64,000 nucleotides of DNA from Anaerolineae bacterium (GCA_013178015.1 JABLXR010000014.1:13737-77736); one strand, 5' to 3'. Shown: positions 30,546 to 41,504, numbered from the stretch's first letter. Notes: generated from the letters alone by a model not told the origin. Numbers and translations: made by a program.

Positions 30546-30958
30546 GGTCCCTGATACTGCTCACGGCGAGCCGATATCTGCTGCCCCTGTTGTTGCTCTT
30601 CTCCGTCTTCATCCTTCAGCGAGGCCACAATGAGCCCGGCGGCGGGTTCGTGGGGGGCCTGGTGGCCGCTGCGGCCTTCGTGCTCTACTCGCTCGCCTAC
30701 GGGGTGCCGGCCGCTCGCGTCCTGCTGCGCCTGGATCCGCATGCCACCATTGGGCTGGGCCTGCTCCTGGTGGTAGGCAGCGGGGCAGTGGGGGCCGTCT
30801 TGGGACAGCCGTTCCTGACCGGCGTCTGGACGGAGGTGACGCTGCCGTTCCTGGGGCATCTGGAAGTGGGGACGCCGGTGTTGTTCGACTTAGGGGTGTT
30901 CCTAGCGGTGTTTGGAGTGACTCTGATGATCATGTTTGCCCTCGAAGAGGAGGAGTAG
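30542..30958 (+). CDS. mrpB: Mrp/Mnh antiporter subunit B
   Basis: [23 protein letters not shown]. Confidence 0.93.
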   Translation: MRSLILLTASRYLLPLLLLFSVFILQRGHNEPGGGFVGGLVAAAAFVLYSLAYGVPAARVLLRLDPHATIGLGLLLVVGSGAVGAVLGQPFLTGVWTEVTLPFLGHLEVGTPVLFDLGVFLAVFGVTLMIMFALEEEE

Positions 30959-30961
30959 ACG

Positions 30962-31308
30962 ATGCGCGTGCTCCTGGCCATCGTGATCGGCGCCCTCTAC
31001 GCTGCCGGCTTCTACATGATGATGCGACGCGGGATCGTGAAGATCGGCCTTGGATTGGCCCTGCTCAGCAACGCCGCCAACCTGCTCATCTTCGTGGCCG
31101 CCGGCCCGAGCCGGGCGGCGGCGCCCATCATACCGATGGGGCAGACGGTCCCCTCTGCGCCGGTAGCGGACCCACTGCCTCAGGCGCTGATCCTCACCGC
31201 CATCGTCATCAGCCTCGGGGTATTGGCCTTTGCCCTCGTGTTGATCCACCGGGTGCACTCCATCTGCGGCACGGTGGACTGCGACCTGCTCCTCCTGGAA
31301 GACCGCTG

Positions 31309-31309
<1 letters not shown>
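30962..31309 (+). CDS. mrpC: Mrp/Mnh antiporter subunit C
   Basis: [16 protein letters not shown]. Confidence 0.93.
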
Positions 31310-32814
<1,505 letters not shown>

Positions 32815-32815
32815 A

Positions 32816-33289
32816 ATGGTTCTGTTTCTCGGCAACGTACTGCTGGCGCTGGTGTGGGTGGCGCTGACCGGGCGCTTTAGCGGTGGCAACCTCCTCCTGG
32901 GGTTTGGCGTAGGGTTTGTCGCCCTGTTGGCGCTGAGGCGCAGAGGGGAGGCCCCAGACTACTTCGACAAGCTCCCCCAGGCTCTCTCATTCCTTGCCTT
33001 CTACCTGCGGGAGCTGGTACTGGCGAACCTGCGGGTGGCCCAGGTGGTGATCCACCCCAGGCCGCGCATCCTGCCAGGAGTAGTGGCCATCCCTCTGGAC
33101 GTCCGGTCGGACGCTGAGATCACCCTGCTGGCAAACCTCATTACCCTCACCCCTGGGACTCTGTCCCTGGACGTGTCCTCCGACCGAAAGGTGCTCTACG
33201 TACATGGCATGGACATTCCCGACCGGGAGGAGTTCCGGCGCTCGGTGAAGGATGGCTTCGAGCGCCGCGTGATAGAGCTGCTCCGATGA
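32816..33289 (+). CDS. mrpE: Mrp/Mnh antiporter subunit E
   Basis: [14 protein letters not shown]. Confidence 0.93.
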   Translation: MVLFLGNVLLALVWVALTGRFSGGNLLLGFGVGFVALLALRRRGEAPDYFDKLPQALSFLAFYLRELVLANLRVAQVVIHPRPRILPGVVAIPLDVRSDAEITLLANLITLTPGTLSLDVSSDRKVLYVHGMDIPDREEFRRSVKDGFERRVIELLR

Positions 33290-33573
33290 CGGTGGGCGAC
33301 GTGGCCTTGCTAGACGTGGCCATGACAGTGGGCCTGGGAGCGCTCACCCTATCGCTCCTGCTGGCCTGTGTTCGTCTGTTCAGGGGACCGAGCCTGCCCG
33401 ATCGGGTCATATCGTTGGAAATGGTGTCCCTGTTGGCTGCCGGTCTCATCCTGTTCCACGCCATCGCCACCGACGAGCCCGGATGGCTGGACGCGGCCAT
33501 CGTGATCGCTCTCATCTCGTTCCTGGGCACGGTGGCCTTCGGTCTTTACCTAGAGAAGAGGGCTTCGGAGTGA
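33286..33573 (+). CDS. mrpF: Mrp/Mnh antiporter subunit F
   Basis: RLFRGPSLPDRVISLE, ALISFLGTV. Confidence 0.92.
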   Translation: MTVGDVALLDVAMTVGLGALTLSLLLACVRLFRGPSLPDRVISLEMVSLLAAGLILFHAIATDEPGWLDAAIVIALISFLGTVAFGLYLEKRASE

Positions 33574-33977
33574 AGGACGCCATCACTGCTCTATTCTTGC
33601 TCGCGGGCAGCCTAGTCATGCTGCTGGCGGGACTGGGGTTGCTGCGCCTCCCCGACCTGTTCCTGCGGATGCAGGCCGCCACTAAGGCGTCCATACTTGG
33701 CCTGGGGCTGGTGCTCCTGGCCGTGATCGTGCACTTCAGTTCGGGCGTGATCGCCGCTCGCGCGGCTCTAGTGCTGGCCTTCATCTTCCTGACTGGCCCC
33801 GTGTCGGCGCACGTGCTGGCGCGGGCGGCGTACTTCGTCGGAGTGCCCTTGTGGGAGGGCACGCGGTTCGACGAGCTGCGGGACCGCTACGACGTGGTGG
33901 ATCACACTCTGCGCGGCAGCGGGCCGCCTCGTCCCCGCCTGGTGCGACCGGGCGGCGGGCCGCCCGCCCCTGGGTGA
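33570..33977 (+). CDS. mrpG: Mrp/Mnh antiporter subunit G
   Basis: GLLRLPDLFLRMQAATKA, LTGPVSAH; GTG start overlaps the mrpF stop. Confidence 0.92.
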   Translation: MKDAITALFLLAGSLVMLLAGLGLLRLPDLFLRMQAATKASILGLGLVLLAVIVHFSSGVIAARAALVLAFIFLTGPVSAHVLARAAYFVGVPLWEGTRFDELRDRYDVVDHTLRGSGPPRPRLVRPGGGPPAPG

Positions 33978-33999
33978 GCCCGCCTCTGGCGCTGCTGCT

Positions 34000-34755
34000 T
34001 CAGTCCTTCCTGGCTACCAGCAACTGCCGATGCTCGTTGGTGGTGATGCCGCCCGGGCCGGAGCAGGTGGCGATGATGTGAGCCACCTGCTCCCAGTGTC
34101 GGTCCACGCTGAAGTCCTCCGGCATCGGGATGGCCTTGAGCCAGAAGACGAAGGACTCGACATCTCGGAAGCGGTAGGTCACGTTGTACTCGGCCCAGGC
34201 CTCGAGCTCGCAGCCCAGGTGGCGCAGCCGGTCCCTCAACTGCCAGAGGTCTGGCTCCGAGGCCGAGTCATACTCCCCGCCCGGGCCGCAGCCGAAGACA
34301 CGGCGGATGTTCTCGGTGTTCCTGGGCCCCACCTGCTGAGTGATGAAGATCCCGCCCGACCTCAGCACCCGCACGATCTCCGCCGGGCACAGAGGCGCGT
34401 GCCGGTTCAGGACCACGTCGAAGCTGGCCGGTGCCAGGGCCAGTTGCTCCGCCCGCATCCGGGCGAAGGCCACCTTGCCGGCCAGGGAAGCGGGGGTGTT
34501 GGCACGAGCTGTAGCCATCATGTCCTCGCTGGGGTCCACTCCCAGCCCGGTTCCGAAGTGAGGTGCCAGCCCGAGGAAGCGCTCTCCCCCGCCGGTTCCC
34601 ACGTCCAGGACCCGGTGATCGGCTCTGAGATAGCGGCGCACCACTTCGGGATAATCCCAGGGCACCGGGTCCCGGTCGTCGCGGACGCGGGAGAAGTCCC
34701 ACCCGCTGCGCTCGCCCACCGCTTCGGCGATGCGATGCAGTTCTTCCCGGGTCAA
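34000..34755 (-). CDS. Class I SAM-dependent methyltransferase
   Basis: GWDFS, VLDVGTGGGE, FDVVLNRH, FITQQVG. Confidence 0.88.
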   Translation of the reverse strand: MTREELHRIAEAVGERSGWDFSRVRDDRDPVPWDYPEVVRRYLRADHRVLDVGTGGGERFLGLAPHFGTGLGVDPSEDMMATARANTPASLAGKVAFARMRAEQLALAPASFDVVLNRHAPLCPAEIVRVLRSGGIFITQQVGPRNTENIRRVFGCGPGGEYDSASEPDLWQLRDRLRHLGCELEAWAEYNVTYRFRDVESFVFWLKAIPMPEDFSVDRHWEQVAHIIATCSGPGGITTNEHRQLLVARKD

Positions 34756-35480
34756 AGCCCGAGCTCCCGACGCAGATCCTCGATCATCAGGGGGAGGTAG
34801 ACTTGCCAGTAGCGGTCTCCCTTTTCCTTCGTCCCCAGCGACGGTTCTCCCAGCGACCCCATGGGGGAGACCTGGCGGACGTCCTGGGGGAACCCGGTCT
34901 CAGGAGTGACCGGCACGTCTCGAATGCGGCTGCGAGGATGAGGAAAGTCGGTGGGCTCGGGGCCTACCAGGTCGGGCCGCAGCGAGGCGACCAGGGAGGC
35001 CTCGCCCTCGCCGGCGTGCCATTCCTCGCTGTGGATTCCGGCCGCCTCGCGGGCCACCTGGCCGGCCCGGCGCGGCCTCAGGACGACGATGGTCATGTGC
35101 GGGTGCCGGCGGCGTAGTTCATCCACGAAGTCGGAGTAGAGCACGTAGTTGCCGCCGTGGGTGGACACGATGATGACGGTGGTGAAGCCCGTCTGCGCCA
35201 GGGAGTCCACCAGGTCCGTCACCACCGCTGCCAGCGTTTCGCGCCTGAGGGAGAGGGTACCCCTGAACGACAGGTGGGTGGCGGACATGCCTACAGGAAT
35301 GGTGGGCAGCAGGTAGGCGTGAAAGGCGTCGGCGATGGCCTCTCCCACCCTGGTAGCGATCAGGCTGTCGGTCATCAGGGGCAGGTTGGTACCATGCTGC
35401 TCGGTGGCGCCAACGGGGAGGACGGCGATCGTGGTCCCGGATTCCTCCAGGTCTCTCCAGGTGTTCTCCCAGCTAAGCAA
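34752..35480 (-). CDS. Creatininase/creatinine amidohydrolase family protein
   Basis: PVGATEQHGTNLP..TD, STHGGN, HAGEGEAS. Confidence 0.9.
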   Translation of the reverse strand: MLSWENTWRDLEESGTTIAVLPVGATEQHGTNLPLMTDSLIATRVGEAIADAFHAYLLPTIPVGMSATHLSFRGTLSLRRETLAAVVTDLVDSLAQTGFTTVIIVSTHGGNYVLYSDFVDELRRRHPHMTIVVLRPRRAGQVAREAAGIHSEEWHAGEGEASLVASLRPDLVGPEPTDFPHPRSRIRDVPVTPETGFPQDVRQVSPMGSLGEPSLGTKEKGDRYWQVYLPLMIEDLRRELGL

Positions 35481-35495
35481 CTATCCCCTCCGAGT

Positions 35496-35831
35496 CTACC
35501 GATCGCTGAATGCAGCCCAAAGGACGAGACCCCAGGCCACAGCCTGCACGCTGGACCGGACGAGGGTGAGCACGGAGGTCAGGAGCGCTAAGCGCTGCGG
35601 GCCCGCAGTTTGGGCCAGCGACATGGGGAGCCAAGTGCTCACAATGCCGCCGACCACGGCATCGAGTAGGGCGATGAGGAGACCCAGCATGACTAACGGA
35701 GCCACTCGGGGCATCTGCCGCCAACGGGCCAGGGCGATGATCACGGCGATCAGCCAAAGCAGGAGCAGAGGGAGGCGCATCACGTAGTTGCTGAGCAGGA
35801 ACAGGGGGAACTGCGTAAGTGCTTGCATCAT
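35496..35831 (-). CDS. Hypothetical 3-TM membrane protein
   Basis: 111 aa with three hydrophobic segments; GAGGAG SD; in line with the operon. Confidence 0.7.
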   Translation of the reverse strand: MMQALTQFPLFLLSNYVMRLPLLLLWLIAVIIALARWRQMPRVAPLVMLGLLIALLDAVVGGIVSTWLPMSLAQTAGPQRLALLTSVLTLVRSSVQAVAWGLVLWAAFSDR

Positions 35832-35882
35832 TCTCTCCTCAGGTCGATCCAGCCGGTGCAGGCCCCCATGGCGAGCAGAAGG

Positions 35883-37469
35883 CTAGCTCCAGGCGAGGCG
35901 CCCGCCCACGTAGGTGGCCACGGGCCTGCTTTGGGCCAGTCGGTCCGGCTCGGTAGTGAAGGGGTCGGTACCGAGCACGACGAAATCGGCACGGCAGCCC
36001 GGCGCCAGCCGGCCTTCGTGCGGCTCACCGGCCGCCGCGGCGACACCTCGGGTGAATCCAGCCAGGGCCTCCTCTAGCGAGAGCCGCTGCTCCGGATACC
36101 AGCCGCCTTCGGGGTGACCGTCCAGGCCGGTGCGCGTGATGGCGACCTGGAGGCCCGCCCAGGGGCTGATGGGCTCGACCGGGGCATCGGAGCCGAAGGC
36201 TAGGGTGACGCCGGCATTAGCCAGAAGGCGCCAGGCGTAGCTGTGGCGGGAGCGGCTCCCCCAGAGCCGATCGGCCACGCGCCAGTCGGTGGAGACGTGC
36301 ACGGGCTGCATGGAGGCCACCACGCCGAGCGCTCCCATGCGGGTGGCGTCCTCGGGGCGGATGATCTGCACGTGTTCGATGCGGTCGGGCAGGGACCCGG
36401 GGGCGCGGGGAGCCCTCTCCAGCACGTCGAGGACGGTTCGGTTGGCGGCGTCGCCGATGGCGTGGATGGCACAGGGCCAGCCGGCGGCGTGCGCTTCCTC
36501 GATGATGCCGGCCAGCTCGGCAGGCGGGTGGATGGGTATGCCGCGGTTATCGGGCTCACCTTCTATGGGCTCGAGCATCCAGGCCGTCCGCGAGCCCAGG
36601 CTGCCGTCGGCGAACAGCTTGAGCTGGCCCAGCTGTAACCACTCGTCCCCGAAGCTGGGCTTGAGCCCCAACCTGCCCAGCTCGGGCCGCAGGTCGGCCG
36701 GAGGAAGGACCAGCACCCGTAAGGATAGCTCTCCCTTCTGCCGCATGTCCTGTAGCGCCTCTAGGGCGTCGGGCCCCTCCATGGTATGCAGCCCTACCAG
36801 CCCCAGTGAGAGGGCTTCTGCCTGCGCCTGTCTCAGGGCGCTCACCCGCTCGCTGAGAGAGGCAAGCGGGACTTGATCCCACACCAGGGCAGTGGCCCGC
36901 TCCCGGAGGATGCCGGTGGGCTCTCCCCGCGCGTCGCGCTCGATCCGACCGCCGGGAGGGTCGGGAGTGTCCGCGGCGATGCCAGCAGCCCGGAGGGCGA
37001 TGGTGTTGACCCAGATCATGTGCCCGTCCGCCCGCGATAGCAGCACGGGCCGGTCAGGTATGGCTTCGTCCAGAGAGACACGCGAGGGCAGGGCCGGAGG
37101 GGTCCAGGTGTTCTCGTTCCAGCCGTGTCCCAGGATCCACCTCGTGCCGGGCCGGCGGGCGGCGTATGCCGCCACCTGCCTGACGGCAACGGCCTCGCTG
37201 CCGGCGTCTCTCAGGTCGACCCGCTGACGCAGGAGGGCGTGGGACAGGAAGTGGGTGTGGGCGTCTCTCAGGCCCGGGATGACCCAGGCGCCATCTAGGT
37301 CTACCTCCTTCCACGAGCCGGATCCCAGATCGTCCTCCGGTCCTACCCACACGACCCGGCCGCAGGCGACCACCATGGCCCCCGCCCGGGTCAGCTGGGA
37401 GTCCAGGGTGTGGATGTGGCAGTGCCGGAAGACAGTGACCGGCGCGGTGGTGGTCTCTGGCTGGCTCAT
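35883..37469 (-). CDS. Amidohydrolase family 3 (YtcJ-like) metallohydrolase
   Basis: [50 protein letters not shown]. Confidence 0.92.
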   Translation of the reverse strand: MSQPETTTAPVTVFRHCHIHTLDSQLTRAGAMVVACGRVVWVGPEDDLGSGSWKEVDLDGAWVIPGLRDAHTHFLSHALLRQRVDLRDAGSEAVAVRQVAAYAARRPGTRWILGHGWNENTWTPPALPSRVSLDEAIPDRPVLLSRADGHMIWVNTIALRAAGIAADTPDPPGGRIERDARGEPTGILRERATALVWDQVPLASLSERVSALRQAQAEALSLGLVGLHTMEGPDALEALQDMRQKGELSLRVLVLPPADLRPELGRLGLKPSFGDEWLQLGQLKLFADGSLGSRTAWMLEPIEGEPDNRGIPIHPPAELAGIIEEAHAAGWPCAIHAIGDAANRTVLDVLERAPRAPGSLPDRIEHVQIIRPEDATRMGALGVVASMQPVHVSTDWRVADRLWGSRSRHSYAWRLLANAGVTLAFGSDAPVEPISPWAGLQVAITRTGLDGHPEGGWYPEQRLSLEEALAGFTRGVAAAAGEPHEGRLAPGCRADFVVLGTDPFTTEPDRLAQSRPVATYVGGRLAWS

Positions 37470-37497
37470 GCTCGCCTCGCGGGGCCCGGCCGGGCGG

Positions 37498-38034
37498 TCA
37501 AGGGCGACTCTGGGCCCGCCGTGCCGCGACGATCTCGGGGTGGGGGACCCAGGCACCGTTGCTGAACACGTAGGCGTCCCAGGGGAAGACAATCAGGGCA
37601 TCGCTGACAACGGGGCAGACATCCGGAACCGGTTGGGCCCAGGTATGCCGCGCCAGACAGGCGGTGAAGACCGAGGAGGCGCCCTGGCGCTGCACTTCAG
37701 CACGCACCAGAGCCAGCGTCTCCCCCGTATCGGCGATCTCGTCCACCACGGCGACCCGGCGGCCTGCTACCTCGGGAGAGACGGGCACCTTCCAGACGGG
37801 ATGAGGGTAACGCACGATATCGCTCTCCCGGCGGGTCAGGCGGACGGGGAAGAGGTCGAGGCGCAGGGCGCAGGCCACAGCCGTGGCGGGGAGGAGGCCA
37901 GCCCGAGCGATGCCGACGACGGCGTCAACGGCCAGGGCGGCCAGCTCCTCGGCCAGTCGCCGAGATAGGGCGGCGAACTCGTCCCAGGTGAGCGCCAGTT
38001 CGCCCTCTCGATGAGCGTAGTCGTAGCTATGCAT
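37498..38034 (-). CDS. Phosphoribosyltransferase family protein
   Basis: VVGIARAG, PRPP motif VAVVDEIADTGET, FPWD. Confidence 0.85.
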   Translation of the reverse strand: MHSYDYAHREGELALTWDEFAALSRRLAEELAALAVDAVVGIARAGLLPATAVACALRLDLFPVRLTRRESDIVRYPHPVWKVPVSPEVAGRRVAVVDEIADTGETLALVRAEVQRQGASSVFTACLARHTWAQPVPDVCPVVSDALIVFPWDAYVFSNGAWVPHPEIVAARRAQSRP

Positions 38035-38542
38035 GATCCTTCGGCGCGGGCTGGAACCGCCAGGCGATCTCGTCACCGACCTGGCCTGTCTGGTAGAAGC
38101 CGGCCTTGGTAAGCACCCGGGCAGAGGCGAGGTTGCCGGCATCGGAGCGGGCGACCACCGCGGTCGCCCCGCGATCCAGGGCCCACCTAACGAGGGCTAG
38201 GACTGCCTCGGTGGCCAGGCCTCGACCTCGATACCCCACGGCCACGGAGTAGCCGATCTCGACTTCGCCTCGCCCGTCGGGTGGGGCGTGGAAGCCGGCG
38301 TCGCCCACCAGCGCTGCATCCTCTCGGTGGATCAGGAGCCAAGGCTCCCACCCGGCGCGATCGCCGTCCTCGTCTGGTTGGGCGGGGTGGTGCTCCAGAA
38401 GGCCGAGCAGGTCCGGAGCGGGCCAGCCGGAAGCGAAAGAGCCCGGCACGCCAGAGAGCCAGGATTGGCCGTGCAGCAGAGCCCAGCGGGCGCTGTCCGT
38501 CATGGGGATTAGGGTCAACCGCTCGGTGTCTAGTCGTTCCAC
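38027..38542 (-). CDS. GNAT N-acetyltransferase, RimJ/RimL type
   Basis: LDTERLTL, VGDAGF, EIGYSV..YRGRGLATEA, NLASARVL.KAGF. Confidence 0.85.
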   Translation of the reverse strand: MERLDTERLTLIPMTDSARWALLHGQSWLSGVPGSFASGWPAPDLLGLLEHHPAQPDEDGDRAGWEPWLLIHREDAALVGDAGFHAPPDGRGEVEIGYSVAVGYRGRGLATEAVLALVRWALDRGATAVVARSDAGNLASARVLTKAGFYQTGQVGDEIAWRFQPAPKDHA

Positions 38543-38544
38543 GG

Positions 38545-38850
38545 TCAGCTCGGCATAGGCTGGCAGGTGCGACGGACGTAGGACGCAGTGCTGCCGGTCT
38601 TGATCTTGGCCACGGTGGTGCCACAGGCAGGGCAGGGTTTGCCCTTCCGATAGGCGAGAAGGAAGTCGCACACGGTCACTCCGCCCGGCTGCCCGTGGTA
38701 GTGGTTCCTGTAAGGCAGGCCCCGCTTGTCGCGCGCTCGCTCGAGGGTGTCAACCATGCCATGGCATGGCCGTTCCGCCGCGCCGGCAGTGACTTCCGCC
38801 GCCAGATATACAGGATGAAAGCGAGCGCGGAAGCGGACGTGCCCGGCATA
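38545..38850 (-). pseudogene. C-terminal remnant of an Fpg/Nei DNA glycosylase (part of H2TH plus zinc finger)
   Basis: RARFHP...AYRKGKPCPACGTTVAKIKTGSTASYVRRTCQP; no start or N-terminal domain; third Zn-finger Cys is Arg. Confidence 0.7.
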
Positions 38851-38851
38851 G

Positions 38852-39715
38852 CTAGCCGATCTCGTCCAGTAGCTTGTGGTAGGGCGCGTAATCCAGCAGC
38901 GGGCGAGGGTCGAAGGAGTAGTACACCTCCAGCCAGCCATCAGGCCGGCGGCGGCCGGCTCGCTGGTCCACCAGCCCCTCGATGACCTGCCCCTGGGACT
39001 TCCAGCTACGGAGGGCATCCATGACGGTCGCCTCCACCCGTTCGGTGCCCACCACGGCCCGGTTGGCCCGCAGGTGCACGTCCTCTCCCGACACCAGGGC
39101 ATCTTCGGGGGAGAGGTCGGCCCAGACAGCGTACTGCAGGAAGCTACGGACGGGGTCTGCCCGCCCGTACTCGGCCAGGATGGCGTCGCCGACCTGGGGT
39201 CCGTCGTAGGCGCCTACGCGGTGCACGGCCTCGTGGTCTATGTGCTCCCGATAGCCGTTGGGGATGAGGAGGCGGGTGATGTGCAGGCGGCGCAGCGTAG
39301 GGACGACGTTGGCGATGGTACCCAGCTTGCCCGAGTCGAGGTGCCAGCCGATGTAGGGCAGGACGCTAAAGTCGGCGTAGCCCATGCGGAGCACCCGTTC
39401 GGGCCTGACTCCGAGGCCGGCGTAAGCGTCTATGGTCTCCCGAGCCCGGACCTGGACGATAGTGGAGGCTTCCTCGGGCGTGCTGTAGCCGGCCCAGCCA
39501 TCGCAGAACACCAGGACGAAGACGTCGGCACCGTTGGCGAGGGCGGCCATGATGAGGTAACCCGCGCCCAGAGCGCCGTCGTCATCGTGTGGGGTGAGAA
39601 CAGCCAGGCGTTCGTTGCTCGGTTCCCAGCCGGGAAAGATCAGGCTGATGTCTTCGCTCTTGGTGCGGCGGCGCAGGTCGTAGTAGCGGAAGTCCCCGGC
39701 GTTGATGTCAGGCAT
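38852..39715 (-). CDS. PIG-L/LmbE family deacetylase
   Basis: TPHDDDG, FCDG, RARE, HIDHE; GGAGG SD. Confidence 0.85.
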   Translation of the reverse strand: MPDINAGDFRYYDLRRRTKSEDISLIFPGWEPSNERLAVLTPHDDDGALGAGYLIMAALANGADVFVLVFCDGWAGYSTPEEASTIVQVRARETIDAYAGLGVRPERVLRMGYADFSVLPYIGWHLDSGKLGTIANVVPTLRRLHITRLLIPNGYREHIDHEAVHRVGAYDGPQVGDAILAEYGRADPVRSFLQYAVWADLSPEDALVSGEDVHLRANRAVVGTERVEATVMDALRSWKSQGQVIEGLVDQRAGRRRPDGWLEVYYSFDPRPLLDYAPYHKLLDEIG

Positions 39716-40613
39716 GACGGCCTCCGTGTTGGCTATGCGCCCTCGCCGTGCGGGCGATGGCGGCAATATGTTCTGGTGTGCTGCCGCAGCAGCCCCCGAT
39801 GACCCGAACCCCTACGTCCAGGTAGCGGGCGGCGAACGAGGCCATCTCTTCCGGCCCCACATTGAAGTGCGTGCGGCCGTCCTCCCCGAGCACGGGCACT
39901 CCGGCGTTGGGCTTGGCCATGAGAGGGGCCTCGGGCAGCAGGTCGCGCAGTTGAGTGATGGCGGTGAGGGTATCCTGCAGGGTGTGGCCGCAGTTGGCTC
40001 CGATGAGGATCAGCCCCTCTTGCCAGAGATCCGCCAGCTGGGCTGGGCCGGCACCCATCACCGTGCGGGCACCGGGGCCGAAGCTAAGGGTGCAAGCCAC
40101 AGGCAAGGCGCAGGCCTGATGTGCCCCCTGGATAGCGGCTCGCGCTTCCTGGGCGTCAAGCATGGTCTCCACCAATATGGCGTCCACCCCCCCGGTGGCC
40201 AGCGCCTCGGCCTGCTCCGCGAAGGCGTCGCGGGCCTGGCTGAAGGAGAGGGGGCCCAGTGGTTCCAGAAGAGCGCCCGTGGAGCTGACGTCTCCGAAGA
40301 CGAAGCGATCCGGCCCTGCCTCCTCGCGCGCCAGGTGGGCGGCAAGCCGGTTGAGCTCGGACACCTGGTCATCCAGTCCGAAACGGGCCAGCTTGATGCG
40401 GGTCCCGCCGAAAGTGTTGGTGAGGATCACCTCGGCACCGGCCCGCACGTAGGCGGCGTGGACGGCGCGAACGGCCTCGGGGCGCTCGCGGTTCCATAGC
40501 TCGGGCGGCGTACCGGGCTCAAGGCCGGCCGCCTGGAGCATGGTGCCCATGGCGCCGTCGGCGACCAGTACGCGCTGGGCGAGGGCCAGCCTGAGCCTTG
40601 ACTCCTCCTGCAT
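39708..40613 (-). CDS. Homocysteine S-methyltransferase domain protein (stand-alone MetH N-terminal-like domain)
   Basis: DGAMGTMLQ, TNTFGG, ETM, GANCG, KPNAGVP, IGGCCGSTPEHI. Confidence 0.9.
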   Translation of the reverse strand: MQEESRLRLALAQRVLVADGAMGTMLQAAGLEPGTPPELWNRERPEAVRAVHAAYVRAGAEVILTNTFGGTRIKLARFGLDDQVSELNRLAAHLAREEAGPDRFVFGDVSSTGALLEPLGPLSFSQARDAFAEQAEALATGGVDAILVETMLDAQEARAAIQGAHQACALPVACTLSFGPGARTVMGAGPAQLADLWQEGLILIGANCGHTLQDTLTAITQLRDLLPEAPLMAKPNAGVPVLGEDGRTHFNVGPEEMASFAARYLDVGVRVIGGCCGSTPEHIAAIARTARAHSQHGGRHA

Positions 40614-40667
40614 ATCGGCGCCTCAGTGGGGTGGATAGCCTGCACCCGCCGGGAACAGGTCCGCGTC

Positions 40668-40696
40668 AGTGTAGGGCAGGGGAGGGAAGAGGTCAA
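40668..40696 (-). promoter_or_regulatory. Sigma70-type promoter for the homocysteine methyltransferase operon
   Basis: Minus strand TTGACC-17 bp-TACACT, ~55 nt upstream of the ATG. Confidence 0.6.
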
Positions 40697-40842
40697 GCGC
40701 TACTACTGACGGGGTGCATCTCGAGGAAGGGGCGAGGGGGTACCGGCGCCGGCTCTCAGGGTGGGAGGGGCCCCATGGGCCTAGACGAACCAGTCTGCGG
40801 CACGCCCGCCTCCTGGGACGGTGCACCGCCCGTCCACCATTC

Positions 40843-40935
40843 CCGTAGGGGCGAACCTCGTGTTGGCCGGTGGTTCCGCTGACCAGTGGAACGTGCGAAT
40901 ACAGGACCGGGCGAATACAAGATTCGCCCCTACGG
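40843..40935. repeat. REPIN-like doublet of inverted GTAG-type REP sequences
   Basis: ccGTAGGGGCGAACCTCGTGTTGGCC ... GGGCGAATACAAGATTCGCCCCTACgg; the first 22 nt are identical to the REP at 13122. Confidence 0.8.
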
Positions 40936-41061
40936 CAGGGATGACGGCGTGCGGCGCTGCTGCTGCGGTTCGCCCCCAAGCTGGGGTTCACCCCGGTCGG
41001 CGGGAGCGAGGGGCAGCCAGAAAGCCGGCGCAAGTCGTCAGGTTTCTTAATGCAGCCAGTC

Positions 41062-41090
41062 TTGACAGGCGGGCAGCTCGCCGCTATACT
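41062..41090 (+). promoter_or_regulatory. Near-consensus sigma70 promoter with no downstream protein-coding gene
   Basis: TTGACA (41062-67), 17-bp spacer, TATACT (41085-90). Confidence 0.85.
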
Positions 41091-41096
41091 GTGCCT

Positions 41097-41460
41097 ACAC
41101 TGGTGAAAGGCGATAGCCAGACACCAGTGGGGAGCCTCAAGCAGTCGAGTACGAGCTACGAGCGGACTGCAGCCGAAAGGCACCGAGGCCGGTACGTCGG
41201 TCAAGGACGGCCGTGAGGGAGCGATCCTTCGTCCAGGGTAGGGCCTGGAAGCCGTGACCGGGCCGCGACCCAGCGGAGGCCGAGCGCTAAGGCCGGAGCT
41301 AGCGATAGAACCGGCGGAAGGGCGAAGCGCCGCAGGGACAGCCGAGCGGAATGCTAGCGCAGGAAGCGGAGCTGAACCGGTACCAGGGCTTCTCCGAAAG
41401 GAGACGAGTAGGCTGGAGAGAAGTTCGTAAGAACGGAAAAGCTGGCTGAGGCTCCCGCCT
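41097..41460 (+). ncRNA. Candidate large structured non-coding RNA of unknown family
   Basis: Starts ~7 nt after the -10. 5' hairpin CACUGGUG/CACCAGUG; terminal helix GGGAGCCUCA (41130-39)/UGAGGCUCCC (41447-56); five GNRA-capped hairpins on the + strand; followed by a U-tract and a hairpin. Confidence 0.75.
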
Positions 41461-41472
41461 TTTGAGCGGCGA

Positions 41473-41504
41473 CGCGCCCGGGCTCCCATGAACCCGGGCG
41501 CGTG
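41473..41504. terminator. 11-bp GC hairpin between the ncRNA candidate and the convergent oxidoreductase gene
   Basis: acgcgcccggg-ctcccatgaa-cccgggcgcgt. Confidence 0.65.

Noticed and set aside
41147-41164. Kink-turn in the first internal loop of the ncRNA candidate
   Set aside because: Tandem GA pairs are present, but the 3-nt bulge lies on the wrong side for a canonical k-turn.
41097-41460. Identification of the structured RNA as RNase P RNA, tmRNA, SRP RNA or 6S RNA
   Set aside because: There are superficial echoes of RNase P (terminal helix, CCAGG..CCUGG, GUAGGCUG), but no GAGGAAAGUCC/CCCGGCUUA P4 pair. There is no T-arm or CCA end for tmRNA, no SRP helix-8 symmetric loop, and it is too long and branched for 6S.
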